Source: Epiperipatus broadwayi (lineage: Eukaryota; Animalia; Onychophora). Taken from it: a DNA stretch of 64,000 bases. The DNA is taken from the NCBI GenBank assembly GCA_028023455.1, contig JAQFVV010000005.1:19096001-19160000 (forward strand), written 5' to 3'. Under the pieces are notes generated by a model. It saw only the letters and a program-made list of their open reading frames with translations, was not told the origin of the DNA and made no database searches. Shown here in pieces: positions 1 to 13,955 of the stretch (position 1 is its first letter; each line of letters opens with the position of its first letter). A program made the translations under genes and the position numbers.

Positions 1-139
1 ACTGATATTTATAATAAAAAAAAAATTAATAACATAGATATGACTAAATATAAATAAGCAAAGCAAATAAAAATTGAATTTTAGGAAGCATTAAAAAAAT
101 AATAAAAAATAAAAAAATGTGTAAATAGGATTATGTTAC

Positions 140-307
140 CATTTTTATGTGCAGGAGGTGCAGTGATTGCTGACTGGTTCGGAGTCTTAGCAGACTCTGA
201 AACTAGTTCAGCAGTGTGAGAACTCAATGAAGTGCTAGGACCCTGCAGGAAATCACCAAAGGTATCTTCAGAGAAAGGAACTGAGGTAAAACTTTCTGAG
301 ATTGGTT
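140..307 (-). CDS. SYNRG: Synergin-gamma-like exon (EPISESFTSVPFSEDTFGDFLQGP...PPAHKN)
   Basis: 168 bp, phase 1-1; ttactcag| acceptor, G|gtaaca donor; FGDF acidic-phenylalanine motif typical of AP-1 gamma-ear ligands; gene continues beyond the window start. Confidence 0.7.
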
Positions 308-402
308 CTGAGTAATGTATAACATGAATGAAATAAAAAATATATATATTTAGCAACAGAAAACAAATAAGACTTTACGTAAATTAAAAATAAAAGTGAT
401 GC

Positions 403-473
403 ATATTGAAACGAAGATCGGTTCTCCGATCTGTCTGACAGACAGATCGGAGAACCGATCTTCGTTTCAATAT
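403..473. repeat. Perfect 35-bp-arm palindrome with 1-nt spacer and a nested hairpin in each arm
   Basis: 403-437 is the exact reverse complement of 439-473; each arm contains AGATCGG-ttct-CCGATCT or its complement. Confidence 0.95.
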
Positions 474-3400
474 ATATATATTCATGTTTTATATAATAGT
501 AAGCTTTACATCTAAAAATATTTAATAAATATTTAAAATCTGAAATAGCAATTGATTTAGGTGCTTAAATTTTATATTTATAATAACATGTGTGTGTTTA
601 CACGTATATTTAAATATATGAAAAAGAATAAAATGAAAGACAAGAAAGGAATGGATATAAATTGTTTATCATAACTGAACAAGATCATTCGAACAGAGAA
701 AGTAATAAATTAAAAAATCGTAAAAATCTGATATTTGCTGGCCATCAACATACCAATTTTAAAAGTGTTAAAAGAAGATGCAACAAAAGTTTACTTCAAA
801 TAAACAATAAGTTGTATTAAATATGTTTATCAAATGTATAAACTGAATTAAAATTATTCTTAAATATATTTTTCACATTCTGATATTATTTCATTTGTAA
901 GCATAAGAATCAGAGCAGTAAAAGGTCCCCTACTTAATTATAAGTCAAATGAGAACTGTGGATCCCTCCCCCCCCTTTTTTTTTAATAAAAAATTGAAAC
1001 ATATGAACTCACATAAATTTCTGAAGCTTTGAGATGTTCTCAGATAAATTGACACACTTCATTTACTGATATGAATTCTAAGAAGTGACATTGAAAATGA
1101 GATTTTAAATATTTTTTGGGAAATTCAAATTTGACTTGCTATTTAAGATGGTAAAAATATCGAGCTAGTTTACAGCATTATTATAATGTATATTATTCAA
1201 TTGAGATTTTACTAATATTTACTCTGGATAATTCCAATTTTTATTTATTATATATACCTAATAAGTTTTTATAGTATCTATATACAGAAATATTTTCTTG
1301 GTTCATCTATAGTAACTAATAATAATACTGATTTCTGACATTTCAGTTGATTTGTATCTGCAATTGTCTGAGATAAGAAGTGTTATTTTTAAAAAAACAT
1401 GAAACAATTTTTAAAACAAAACTCCTTACATAATCCAGATAAAACTATGATATGAAGTGGAAATGATATGGTATTGTTGAGATTATTCGTTTTTAAATTT
1501 GAATAAAATAATTACATAAAGTCTGTTGTAAATTATGTGAATATTAAAAATCATTTAATAAAAAATGATTTTATTTAATTTGAAGAGTAACTAAAAATAA
1601 AAAAAAATTGTTTTTTCTTTAACCACAATTTTGGTTATTATATTTAACTTGAAATAAAAGTGAGGGGCATACATAAATTAACTAATTGGTGTGAGAAATA
1701 TATAAATTTATTAATTCAAATTGAATTAATTTATTGAAATCATATAATGCTTTTATAATCTTTCATTCACTCACAATTTTGACTGATTTACACTCTTCAT
1801 CAGAACTGCTACTTAATTTGCTTGAACAAAAAAAAAAAAAAAGGAAGCAAACTAAATAATAGCTCTGATAAAAACTGTAGATCAACTAGATATTGTAAAA
1901 AAATTTAAAATTATAAAAGCATTCTATTCAAGTGCATTAAGAATGGATTATACTATATAGAAAAAAAATCATTATATAAATTACAGTTTATGCTAAAATT
2001 GTAATAGCAAACATATAATTTGATATTAACAATTTATAAATAAAACATATACTGAAAATTACAAGATGTGTAATTAATTTTCAATATTAATCATTTCATC
2101 GACTGAACTAGATCTAATAACAGACTAGATTTCTCTTTTAAGATATATGGCATGGAAAATTTAATTTTGTTCCAAATTACCTTTAAAATCTTATATGCAA
2201 GAAAATTATTTTTCATTCAATTTAGAGACTGCAAATATAATTTTGTAATATTAAAAAAAATAAACAAAAATATAAAGCAAGTTTATTTTTAAATTAATAA
2301 TTAAAAATAATATTTAGATTTTTTTTTTTTTGTATGTCCAAATTCAGGGTATTCACAACTTCTTCAGGCATGTATTCTTCCACCAAGTTAATCTTTCAAT
2401 TTCTGAACATTACTTTTAAATGCTAATAAAATTTTTCTTATATATCATTGAATTAACAGCCATGCACACTTTATCAGTGGTAAAATAGCATGCTCAGAAT
2501 TAAAATTTCCAAATTAATTGAATGAGATTATTAAAATGTTCAACCTGCATCTTGGGGGAACATCACATAATCTCCTGAATAATTATTTATATGATTTTTT
2601 AAAGATCAAACTATTTGCAATTTAAATAGACTGATGTAACTGAAACTTCTTACTGATAGCAGAAAAGCAAAAACAGTAACTTGAAAAACAAGGAATTAAA
2701 AAATAGAAATGATATTTTTATAAGTCTATCTTTCAAACACATAACTCTTGTTAAATGATGATGAACAGAGATCAATTATTCCAGCTAAATATTCTCCACC
2801 CCAGTGGAATTTATATATAGCAATAATCATAACGTTATATATGACTTGTTTTTTAATTATTATAAATGTTTTTATATGTGATTTGAATTTCACATATATC
2901 ATCTAACATCAACTATTGACAATTGAAATATTTGTAACAAAAATATACTTTATTATTACATCTTACAGCTTACATTTTTAAATATTAAATAGTACTAAAT
3001 AACACACTAAACATTAGAAAGATAATAAACCTTATTGATTATCTATAAAAGATAAATGATAAAAGAGATATATTATATCTTTTGGAGTCATACTAACGGT
3101 TTATGTATTTAATACAATATTTCTTTGGCATCCTACAAGAAGTATATAAAAGTTTTATATTCATAACAATATGATTCTCCTTTGTATACTCAAAATGATA
3201 TGAACTATGAAATGGGTCCTCACATGTGACAATAAAAAAAAGAATTTCCTCAGAAAAAAATGAAATGAACTGGTATAAATTATTCATCAATAATATAAAA
3301 TACTTTCCATCTTCAATCTTCATAAAATATAACAACTCAATATTTACCATTTGTACTCCTCAACAATAAACTTCCTATTTTCATATGAGTAGAATTATGC

Positions 3401-4199
3401 TCTCTAATATCAGTTAATTTTTTCAAGATCTTGATCTGCTTTTGAAAATCTTGTCACCCATTTGGTTATTTAAACTTCAGTTATCCATACAATTTATTAA
3501 TATTTAATCATATATAGATTTAAGATAACCCAACTGTAGTAACCTTGAAAATGAATATTCTAATCTTTTAATTATATTTTAAGAACTATTAGAGATTGAA
3601 TTTTAAAAACAAATCCCATCTTTGCAACTACTTCTAAACTTAAATAATTTAAATTTTGCATTCACAAAAGTGAAATTAAATAGTTTTGCATTATAAAATG
3701 AAAAGGCAAAACAAAGCTGTTTTGCTATTTTAGTCAGTTTTGAGATCCAAATAAATTTGAGATATTGAAGCTGAATATGCAGATTTGCATATATTGGCTT
3801 CATTTTCAATCAATATTTTAAATAGAACTATCTGTGTGAATGTGTGTACATTAAGTTAAATAAAACATTTAAATGTTTACATAAATTCACATTATTTTAA
3901 GTAATACAAAAATATAAGCAAGAATATAAATAAAATCAGATTTGTTAAAAATATTTTAGTTAAAAACTTTTCTATATTAACATTTAGATATTTTATTCCA
4001 TTCAAACTAAATTAAAAGAATGATAGGAATTCAGTTCGAGTCAGTTTTAATGAAAGGAAGAGAATATTATATTTATTTGCACTCATGGCATTAAAAGCTT
4101 TTAATGTTGTTATCTAGTAGGGTGTATTTAATTCTTTCATTATTATGGTGGGATTAGAAATTAAAATATGTACAAAAATAAGACTATTGAGCTAAAAAT

Positions 4200-4900
4200 A
4201 AATAATAGGTGTCCAGAAGAATAAATTCTTTGGAGGCATAAGGAATTTAATTAGATAAGAGAAATTTGGTTAAATTTGTTGTAGAAAGGTTTCCTTATAT
4301 GGACAAAAAATTTTAAATCAGAGAATTTTCTGGAATCTCTTATTTGGATTTTGGATAAATAACTTGTAAAATAGGTTTTAAAGGTTTTTAAAGTCAATTG
4401 CTGCCAGAAGATCTGTGGGAGGAACCACAGAAATTGTCATACAGATAACTGTCAGCTAGAACAGCAAAACGTCTCCAGTTGGCTGTTCTCCTGAAAGTAG
4501 TCTAAAGGTTACAGCATGAAAGTCATCCATACATCTATTATTAAAAAGCACCTGTCTTATAAAATTTAAAAGCTTGCGGTGCCTCACTGCAATAATATTT
4601 ATCATAGATTCAGGAAAAATAATACTTCAAGAATATTTTTCTTATAGGATTCAATAGTTTTAAAATTATCAAGCTTCATCAATTAATAAAATTATAAATC
4701 AAAAAAATTAAATGCTCTCTCAATGAAGCTCTGTATATGAAAAATAAATTCACCTAAAAAGATCCTGTTAAAAAAAAAAGGAATTCAAGTGAAGCTACAC
4801 CAAGTGTACACCCAATCATAGCAATGTTTCTAGTCTAGATACCATCTGCATACATAAATGATCAATCAGTTTTGAACTATAGCCAAAAACTCTTGCTTTG
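4200..4900 (-). mobile_element. Highly decayed reverse-transcriptase remnant (PLE-like)
   Basis: Minus-strand VLFNNRCMDDF near 4520-4555 resembles RYxDD; the rest is broken by stops. Confidence 0.3.
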
Positions 4901-6541
4901 ATAAAATCACCAATTTAACTTGTTTTCACTTCCATTTTTAATGACTTTGAATGAAATATTTAATAATAATGTATTTTCTTTGAGTAGTTTTACATGGGCA
5001 ATTATTAAATTGACTCATTTACAAGGTTATAATTAGTTAGAAATAAGATTTATCATTCAATTAGTAAAAATGAAAGGACAGATGAGAGAAACCAAAATTT
5101 AATGTTATATTAAACTAATTTAATCTGAAAACAAAAGCTTATATGATAATAATTTAGTCAAAATAAAATTTATAACAATTTCATTAAAATAAATAACTGT
5201 GAATATCTGAATAGGTATGACTTATATAATTTTCATAAATTTACTCTTAGTAACAGTGTAAGGCAAATTTTAGATCAACAATAAAAGAGCAGCTGATTTT
5301 TATTGTCAATGATCACTTGATGGATCAAAACCTGCCAAGATGTTTTATTTCATTTAATTAAATTATTTCTAAATTCTTAGTTATAGTTGATGTAAAGATT
5401 TTTTCATAATACATGATCAGCTCATACCTGTATGATTGCATACCATCATCAATGTCATGTAATGACACTACTTCCATAAGTAGTCATTATATTAAATGTT
5501 TAATTTCCAGGTGAACTCTAATGATATTGGATTTCAATTAATGTTTTCTAATTAGGCTGTCATTATCATTCCTTATTAATAACTGAACTGATGATTATTT
5601 CTTTAAGTATATAGTTATATACCCAATACTACCTTTCTCTCATATGTTTACATAAATATTGGTATACCACATAAATATATTTTATGTTGGAAGTCATAAG
5701 TGATCCTAAGATGTTTTGTTAATTGGTTATTTCTTTTACAGGCTACAGTATAACTGAACCATTTATATTGTTTTATTATTGTATATTTTGAAGTCCCACT
5801 CATTTACTTGATGTATTATATCTTTAAATGTTTGAAGTGATTTATTTTATGAAATGTTTGGATGGTTGTATTTGTTTGTAGATATAGCTGATCTTTATGT
5901 ATGCTTAATCTTAAGTTGGTTATATTTGATAATAAGTATTTTGTTTACAGAAGTATTCCTACATAAAACCACAATATCTAGTGAGATAATTAGAATGCAT
6001 GAGATACTATAAACAACATTCACAGAAACTAGAATTAATGATGGTTTTAACACATCGATTAAGATGAAATGGAGAATAATTCAATTTCAAACACCAAAAT
6101 ACCTTTATTATTAATGATATATTTACATGCCATTTTCAAATCCACAAGTTTCATTACCAACCAAAGGTTAAAGCCATAGATTCAAACTCTGAATGGGCTA
6201 ATATTAATACTGATATTTAGAAAATGATTTTTTATCAAATTCACATAATATTAAAATTGAAAAATTAGTACCACATATTCAATCATGAACTAACCAATAC
6301 TTCACATTTATCCTTAAAAATCTTGTATCAAATTCATGTAATTTACTATTACTGAAGTGATATAGATCATGGAGACAAATTATTACTGTTATCTTGTATT
6401 CGAACCTCAATCAGTTTATTTAATATTTCTTTTTATTTGAGTTTCATGGATATTATGAATCATCTTAATCACATTTGTATATGTAACTGCTTATATAATC
6501 CCATTTATCATAATTTTAATACAAAATTATTTTACCCACTG

Positions 6542-8347
6542 CCATCACCATCATCATCATCAACCATTATCAAATCCACTGCAGGATGAAGGTCTCTGCA
6601 AATTTAATCCATCTTCTCCAATCTTTAGCTTCTCTTCTCCACATCACCCCTGCACATTTTCTTATTTCATCCATCCATCTTACATGTGGTCTCTTTCTGG
6701 GTCTTTTACAATCTCTTGGAATCCAGTTTAAGATTTCAATTGTCCATCTATTATCATCTCTTCTAGCAATATGTCCAGCCCAACTCCACTTCAATCTTTT
6801 AATGTTTTCAATGAGGTCAGTAACACCTGTTTGTTCTCTTACCCATACATTGCGTTTTTGTCCTCTTCTTGTCACTCCCATCATGCATCTCTCCATACTT
6901 CTTTGAGTGGTCTGGAGTCTCTGTATTGCTCTTCTATTAAGTGTCCAAGTCTCAGATCCATAAGTAAGAACTGGTAAAACACATTTGTTAAAAACCTTCC
7001 TTTTCAAACACATAGGCATATTTCCTATTAGTATCAAGTTATTTCTACCAAAAGCACTCCAACCAAGTTTAATTCTATGATTAATTTCATCCATTATGTT
7101 TCCATCTGTATTAATAATCTGACCAAGGTATTCTATAATCAATCTTTATTTTCATATTTTGAGCAAATCGATTTAAACCTTACTTTAGTCTTTTCAACAT
7201 TTACCTTTAGTCCTACTTTCATCTGATAACTCCTGCAACATTTCCTGCAGCTCTGAAGCATTATTTGCAAAAAGAATTATATCATCTGCAAAATCTAAAT
7301 GACTTAAATAATCTCCATTTACTTTCACTCCTTTAATTTCCCATTTTAATCCACAAAATACTTCTTGTAATACTGCTGTAAAACGTTTTGGAGATATGGA
7401 GTCACCTTGTCTTACACCTTTCTCAATGTTGACTTTCCCAGTATCATTACGTAATCTAATGGTTGCTGTTGCATTTTTATAAATATTCTTTAAAATATGA
7501 CAATATCCTGGATCTATACCTTGATGATCCTATGCTTTAATCAAATGCCTTTTCATAATCTACAAATCCAAAATATAATGGCAACTCATATTCATTTGTC
7601 CTTTCTATAACTTCTCTCAATACCTGGATATGATCTACTGTACTAAAGCCACTTTTCAATCCAGCTTGTTCCCTTGGTTGGTGGAAATCCAAAGTTCTTT
7701 GGAGACAAGTTGTAATTATCTTGGTAAAAATTTTGTATAAAACTGATAATAGGCTGATAGGTCTGTAATTTCTAATATCTTCTTTATCACCTTTTTTAAA
7801 TATTAATATTATTACTGCATTCTTCCAATCATCTGGTACATCTTTATCATTTAGACATTTGATATACAACTTTGCTAAAAAAAAATTCTATTTCTTCACC
7901 TGCTTCTTTTAATATATCAATTATAATTCCATCATTACCTGGAGCCTTTCCTTTCTTCATACATTTCATTATATGTTTCACTTCATTTAAAATTCTGGGC
8001 AATTCAGAAGAAGTAATAGAAATAGGAGGTGCTTGTTCTTTATTTCTATATAATTCTCTCTCTTTTTAGTAATAATTACTTTTTTTTTCTTATTGCAGAT
8101 ATAAATTTCCTATCAATACCAAAATGTTTTACTTTCTTGAGACTTTTATTTTCTTCTACAGCTTTCCTTGCTAGTTCACAGTTATACTTTCTTATATCAT
8201 TTTCAACTCTTTTCTGTACCATTTTACAAAATTTGAGATATTCAATCCTTTTTAATGCATCATTTTTGTATATCTTCATATTCATTCTTTTCTTCATAAA
8301 TTCTCTAGTCTCAGTAGAAATTTTATTGGTCAATTGCTGCTTTTTTC
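6542..8347 (-). mobile_element. RTE-clade LINE, 3' part (RT to (GAT)n tail)
   Basis: ORFs 6570-7142, 7537-7869, 8076-8378 with DWKNAVIILIFKKGDK, YRPISLL, CVLPVLTYGSETW; (GAT)n tail near 6542-6560; TSD copy TACCCACTG at 6533-6541. Confidence 0.92.
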
Positions 8348-9556
8348 GGTACTTGTGACGTTTGACCCAGGTGGCCACCAGAGGCGCTGGTCGGGGTCAA
8401 CCACAGAAATACTTAGAGTAGGGGCCCCAAATGCAGCAATGCAAATTCCAGCCGATAGGTGGTGCTGTTCACAATGCGTAAGCACAGGAACATTCCACCA
8501 ACTGGCTGGCGGCAAAGCTGCCCGCTTGGTGGCGCTGGTCGCAATGCATAAGCCCATTTAGCTTACATTGTCTGCAGCACAGGTATCAAGAACCTAGGTG
8601 GCGCTGATTGCCGTAAACACATCTAGCTTATGTGTCATCTGCTAACAGCAACTACCAAGATTCTAGCTCACTACGTGGCGCTTTCTCCACGTTACACACG
8701 GAAAAACTACGCACTGATAGAGTTTATGTACATACTACTTAAAATATGAATGGCGTATAATATACAGGTGTGATTAATTAAGAAGCTACAACTATTTAAA
8801 TATGCTTTCAAACTTCGTAGTGTCACATGCTATTTAAAAGTTTTATAAATGGATGTACTTTTAAATTATTCCTTTTTTAGAAATCGATTTTTTTTTTTTT
8901 AATTATTTACTCTAAAAGTGTAATTTTTACGACAATTGGTTGTTTGTTTTTTTTAAAAAAAAGCTAATTTTTTTCCTTCTTGCAAAACTGTATTATTTTA
9001 AAAGATGATTGTTTGTAAAACTTTTTTTCTTACACTTTCAAACAATATTATCCAATAACTTTTAAAGTAATACAAATTATATTTCGGTTTATACATCTTT
9101 CAATTATTATTTTGCAAACGTGTTATTTTAAAAAGCTGTTACGAGCAGCAAACAATAATTCGAAGATTAAATTACTGGAACTTGTAAAAGTAATGTTAAG
9201 AGCTTAACAATTACTTAATTTGTTTCATAATTACGCTTTTACAAGTTTTGTTAATTTTGGTATAGGATATATCTAAATGAATGTCTAAACATTATGAAAG
9301 AATTTTGAAAAAAGTAAAGGCAATACTTTTTTAGTAGATCTAATTAGAATTTTTGCAATAGGTCACTTTATTTACTTTTATGATAGAACCATCAAAATGA
9401 GAGTCATGTGATGCTGGATGCAGTTGAGAAATGATTAATTACTTGTTCAGTAATTGAAGGTGATTGGTTTATCATGAAATAAGCTAATGAATACATATTT
9501 ATTTTTAATAATGGAAGAAAAAGTTTAATTAAATTTGCATATTAAAGTAAAACAAG

Positions 9557-10508
9557 ATCATCATCATCAACTATTATCAATCTACTGCAGGATGAACATC
9601 TCTCCAAGTTTCTCTACATCATCCCTGCACACTTTCTCATTTCATATATCCATCTAACATGTGGTTTCTTCCTGGGTCTTGTACAATCTCTTGGAATCCA
9701 GTATAAGATTTCAATTGTCCATCTATTATCATCTCTTCTAGCAATATATCCAGCCCAACTCCACTTTAATCTTTTAATTTTTTCAATGAAATCAGTTACA
9801 CCTTATTGTTGTCTTACCAATATATTGCGTTTTCTATCTCTTCTTGTTACTCCCAACATGCATGTCTCCATACTTCTTTGAGTGGTCTGAAGACTGTATT
9901 GCTCTTCTATTAAGTGTCCAAGTATCAGATCCATAAGTAAGAATAGGTAAAACATATTTATTAAAAATGTTCCTTTACAAACACATAGGTATATTTCCTT
10001 TTAGTATCAAGTTATTTCTACCAAAAGCACTCCAACCAAGTTTAATTCGATGATTAATTTCATCCATTATGTTTCCATCTGTATTAATAATATGACTAAG
10101 GCGTTTGTAACTGTTAACTTCTTCTAACGCATCATAAAAAATCTTTATTTTCATATTTTGAGAAAATCCATTAAACATTACTTAGGTCATTTTAACATTT
10201 ATCTTTAGTCCTACTTTCATCTGATAACTACTGCAACATTTCCTGTAGATCTAAAGCATTATTACCAAAAACAACTAAATGACTTAAATAATCATCATTT
10301 ACTTTCACTTCTTTATCTTCCCATTTTAATCCACAAAATACTTCTTGCAGCACTGCTGTAAAAAGTTTTGGAGATATGGAGTCACCCTGTCTTACACTCT
10401 TCTCAATGTTGACTTATCCCAGTATTATTATCTAATTTAATTGTTGCTGTTGCATTTTTATAAATATTCTTTAAAATATGACAATATCTTGGTTCTATAC
10501 CTGAATGA
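9557..10508 (-). mobile_element. RTE 3' fragment inside left foldback arm
   Basis: Similar to 6542-7520, (GAT)n tail; mirrored at 13008-13955. Confidence 0.88.
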
Positions 10509-10880
10509 TATCTCTAGAATTGTCATTATGATGTATTATAGCATTTTTCGGTAGATTTCAACAATTATTAACTTATGGGATTGTGATCAAACAGAAGGCA
10601 AACTTAAAGGAAATAATAAATATACTTGAATTTATTTACTGGTTAGCATCTCTACAGATTTTCTAATATAATGTTTGTGAGTAGTTAGGTGGTTTAATGA
10701 ATCTATAAATGAATTTCTAAATAGACAAATTTTAATATCTATCACCCAACAGAGACTCTTAAATATTTACCAATTTCACAATATCAACTAATAAACTATG
10801 TTTTACTTTGATTAATCATTAAGATTTGATTTAATGCAAGAAATTGTCTACACTCAGGAGGTTACAAATTTATTGCCATC

Positions 10881-11949
10881 CTATTAATTCAAAGGAAACC
10901 CTTTGATTCCTCTTGGAGGCCTTAAAGGAACTGAGCAAGGCTAATTCTTAATGTCCACTCCATACGTTCTTGTCATTACAGTTGTTATTACTATGTGATT
11001 ATTCATATAGTATATAAACATGGATGGGCTGCTCACGAACATGCATGAGCCAGCGTGACGAGGTTATTGGATTTTTACCTCTGAGTTTAAGATCAAGAAA
11101 CACCATGGACTTTCTTATCAGTTGCCTGATAAGGCACAATTAATGCTTGTGTAAATGATAAATATTTTTCAAATATATATATATATACAATTATGACAGA
11201 CAAAAATAAATCATGGCCCTTATTCCCAGGAGACTGTAAAGTCACCAAACCGAGGCAGCAATTGGTGGCCGAAGGCAGAGGGTGCTAAGAATCTCCTGAT
11301 TGTGGACACAGGCTGCCATTTGATGACAACTTTTTTTATTTAGGTACTTATAACTGCAGATCACTTTCAAGTGAAGGAAGATTGCAAGAGTTAGAAGAAG
11401 AACTATCTTATATTAAATGGGACATTATTGGACTTTGTGAAGTTAAAAGAAAAGGTGAAGAAACAATTGTTTTAAAAAGTGAACACGTATTGTACTATAA
11501 AGACACAAATATTGGAAATACAAGTGGAGTATGATTCATTATAAATAAACAGTGGAAGAACAACATTGTGGACATTGATGATGTATCGGATAGAGTGGCA
11601 AGATTAGTTAAATAACTTAATAGCAGATACCAAATGCAGATAATTCAGGTGTATGCCCCAACAAGTTCTCAAAGTGATGAAGTAGTAGAAGATTTTTATA
11701 TGGATGCACAAAAGGCTTTTGATCAGAGTAAACAACATTTTAAAATTGTTATGGGAGATTTTAATGCTAGAATTGGTAAACAAATGAAAGATGAAAGTGC
11801 TGTAGGTAATTTTGGTTATGGTTATAGAAATGAGAGAGGACATAGACTTGTGGAGCTTGCAGGAAAAGGAAAACTTTATATTATGAATTATTATTTTGAA
11901 AAAAATGTTAAACGCAAATGGACATGGAAGCATCCAAATGAAGGTACCA
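10881..11949 (+). mobile_element. RTE 5' fragment (UTR + APE) in left arm and spacer
   Basis: ORF 11634-11978 IIQVYAPTS...VMGDFNARIG; similar to 15440-16555; mirrored in part at 11950-12634. Confidence 0.88.
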
Positions 11950-12634
11950 AATGTTGTTCTTCCACTTTTTATTTATAATGAATCATACTCCACTTGTATT
12001 TCCAATATTTGTGCCTTTATAGTACAGTACATGTTCACTTTTTAAAACAATTGTTTCTTCACCTTTTCTTCTAACTTCACAAAGTCCAATAATGTCCCAT
12101 TTAATATAAGACAGTTTTAGTTCTAACTCTTGCAATCTTCCTTCACTTGAAAGTGATCTGCAGTTATAAGTACCTAAATAAAAAAAGTCGTCATCAAATG
12201 GCAGCCTGTGTCCACAATCAGGGGATTCTTAGCACCCTCTGCCTTCGACCACCAATTGCTGCCTCGGTTTGGTGACTTTACAGTCTCCTGGGAATAAGGG
12301 CCATGATTTATTTTTGTCTGTCATAACTGTATATATATATATTGGAAAAATATTTATCATTTACACAAGCATTCATTCTGCCTTATCAGGCAACTGAGAA
12401 GAAAGTCCATGGTGTTTCTTGATCTTAAACTCAGAGGTAAAAATCCAATAACATCGTCATGCTGGCTAATGCATGTTCGTGAGCAGCCCATCTATGTTTA
12501 TATACTATATGAATAATCACATAGTAATAACAACTGTAATGACAAGAACGTATGGTGTGGACATTAAGAATTAGCCTTGCTCAGTTCCTTTAAGGCCTCC
12601 AAAAGGAATCAAAGGGTTTCCTTTGAATTAATAG
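11950..12634 (-). mobile_element. RTE 5' fragment inside right foldback arm
   Basis: Reverse complement of 10881-11567. Confidence 0.88.
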
Positions 12635-13007
12635 GATGACAATAAATTTGTAACCTCCTGAGTGTAGACAATTTCTTGCATTAAATCAAATCTTAATGAT
12701 TAATCAAAGTAAAAAATAGTTTATTAGTTGATATTGTGAAATTGGTAAATATTTAAGTGTCTCTGTTGGGTGATAGATATTAAAATTTGTCTATTTAGAA
12801 ATTCATTTATAGATTCATTAAACCACCTAACTACTCACAAACATTATATTAGAAAATCTGTAGAGATTCTAACCAGTAAATAAATTCAAGTATATTTATT
12901 ATCTCCTTTAAGTTTGCCTTATGTTTGATCACAATCCCATAAGTTAATAATTGTTGAAATCTACCGAAAAATGCTATAATACATCATAATGACAATTCTA
13001 GAGATAT

Positions 13008-13955
13008 CATTCAGGTATAGAACCAAGATATTGTCATATTTTAAAGAATATTTATAAAAATGCAACAGCAACAATTAGATTAGATAATAATACTGGGAAA
13101 GTCAACATTGAGAAGAGTGTAAGACAGGGTAACTCCATATATCCAAAACTTTTTACAGCAGTGCTGCAAGAAGTATTTTGTGGATTAAAATGGGAAGCTA
13201 AAGGAGTGAAAGTAAATGGTGATTATTTAAGTCATTTAGTTGTTTTTTGTAATAATGCTTTAGATCTACAGGAAATGTTGCAGTAGTTATCAGATGAAAG
13301 TAGGACTAAAGATAAATGTTAAAATGACCTAAGTAATGTTTAATCGATTTTCTCAAAATATGAAAATAAGGATTTTTTATGATGAGTTAGAAGTTAACAG
13401 TTACAAACGCCTTGGTCAGATTATTAATACAGATGGAAGCATAATGGATGAAATTAATCATAGAATTAAACTTGGTGGGAGTGCTTTTGGTAGAAATAAC
13501 TTGCTACTAAAAGGAAATATGCCTATGTGTTTGTAAAGGAAGATTTTTAATAAATATGTTTTACCTGTTCTTACTTATAGATCTGAGACTTGGACACTTA
13601 AAAGAAGAGCAATACAGACTTCAGACCACTCAAAGAAGTATGAAGAGATGCATGTTGGGAGTAACAAGAAGAGATAGAAAACGCAATATATCGGTAAGAG
13701 AACAATAAGGTGTAACTGATTTCATTGAAAAAAATTAAAAGATTAAACTGGAGTTGGGCTGGACATATTTCTAGAAGAGATGATAATAGATGGACAATTG
13801 AAATCTTATACTGGATTCCAAGAGATTGTACAAGACCCAGGAAGAGACCACATGTGAGATGGATATATGAAATAAGAAAGTGTGCAGAGGTGATGTGGAG
13901 AAACTTGGAGAGATGTTCATCCTGCAGTGGATAGATAATAGATGATGATGATGAT
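13008..13955 (+). mobile_element. RTE 3' fragment inside right foldback arm
   Basis: ORFs 13336-13536 and 13725-13934; (GAT)n tail at 13941-13955. Confidence 0.88.

Noticed and set aside
8330-8561. 75-81-aa ORFs on both strands here and at 14957-15206
   Set aside because: They arise from the GC-rich terminal domain of the foldback element, have no recognisable motif and their ends differ between arms
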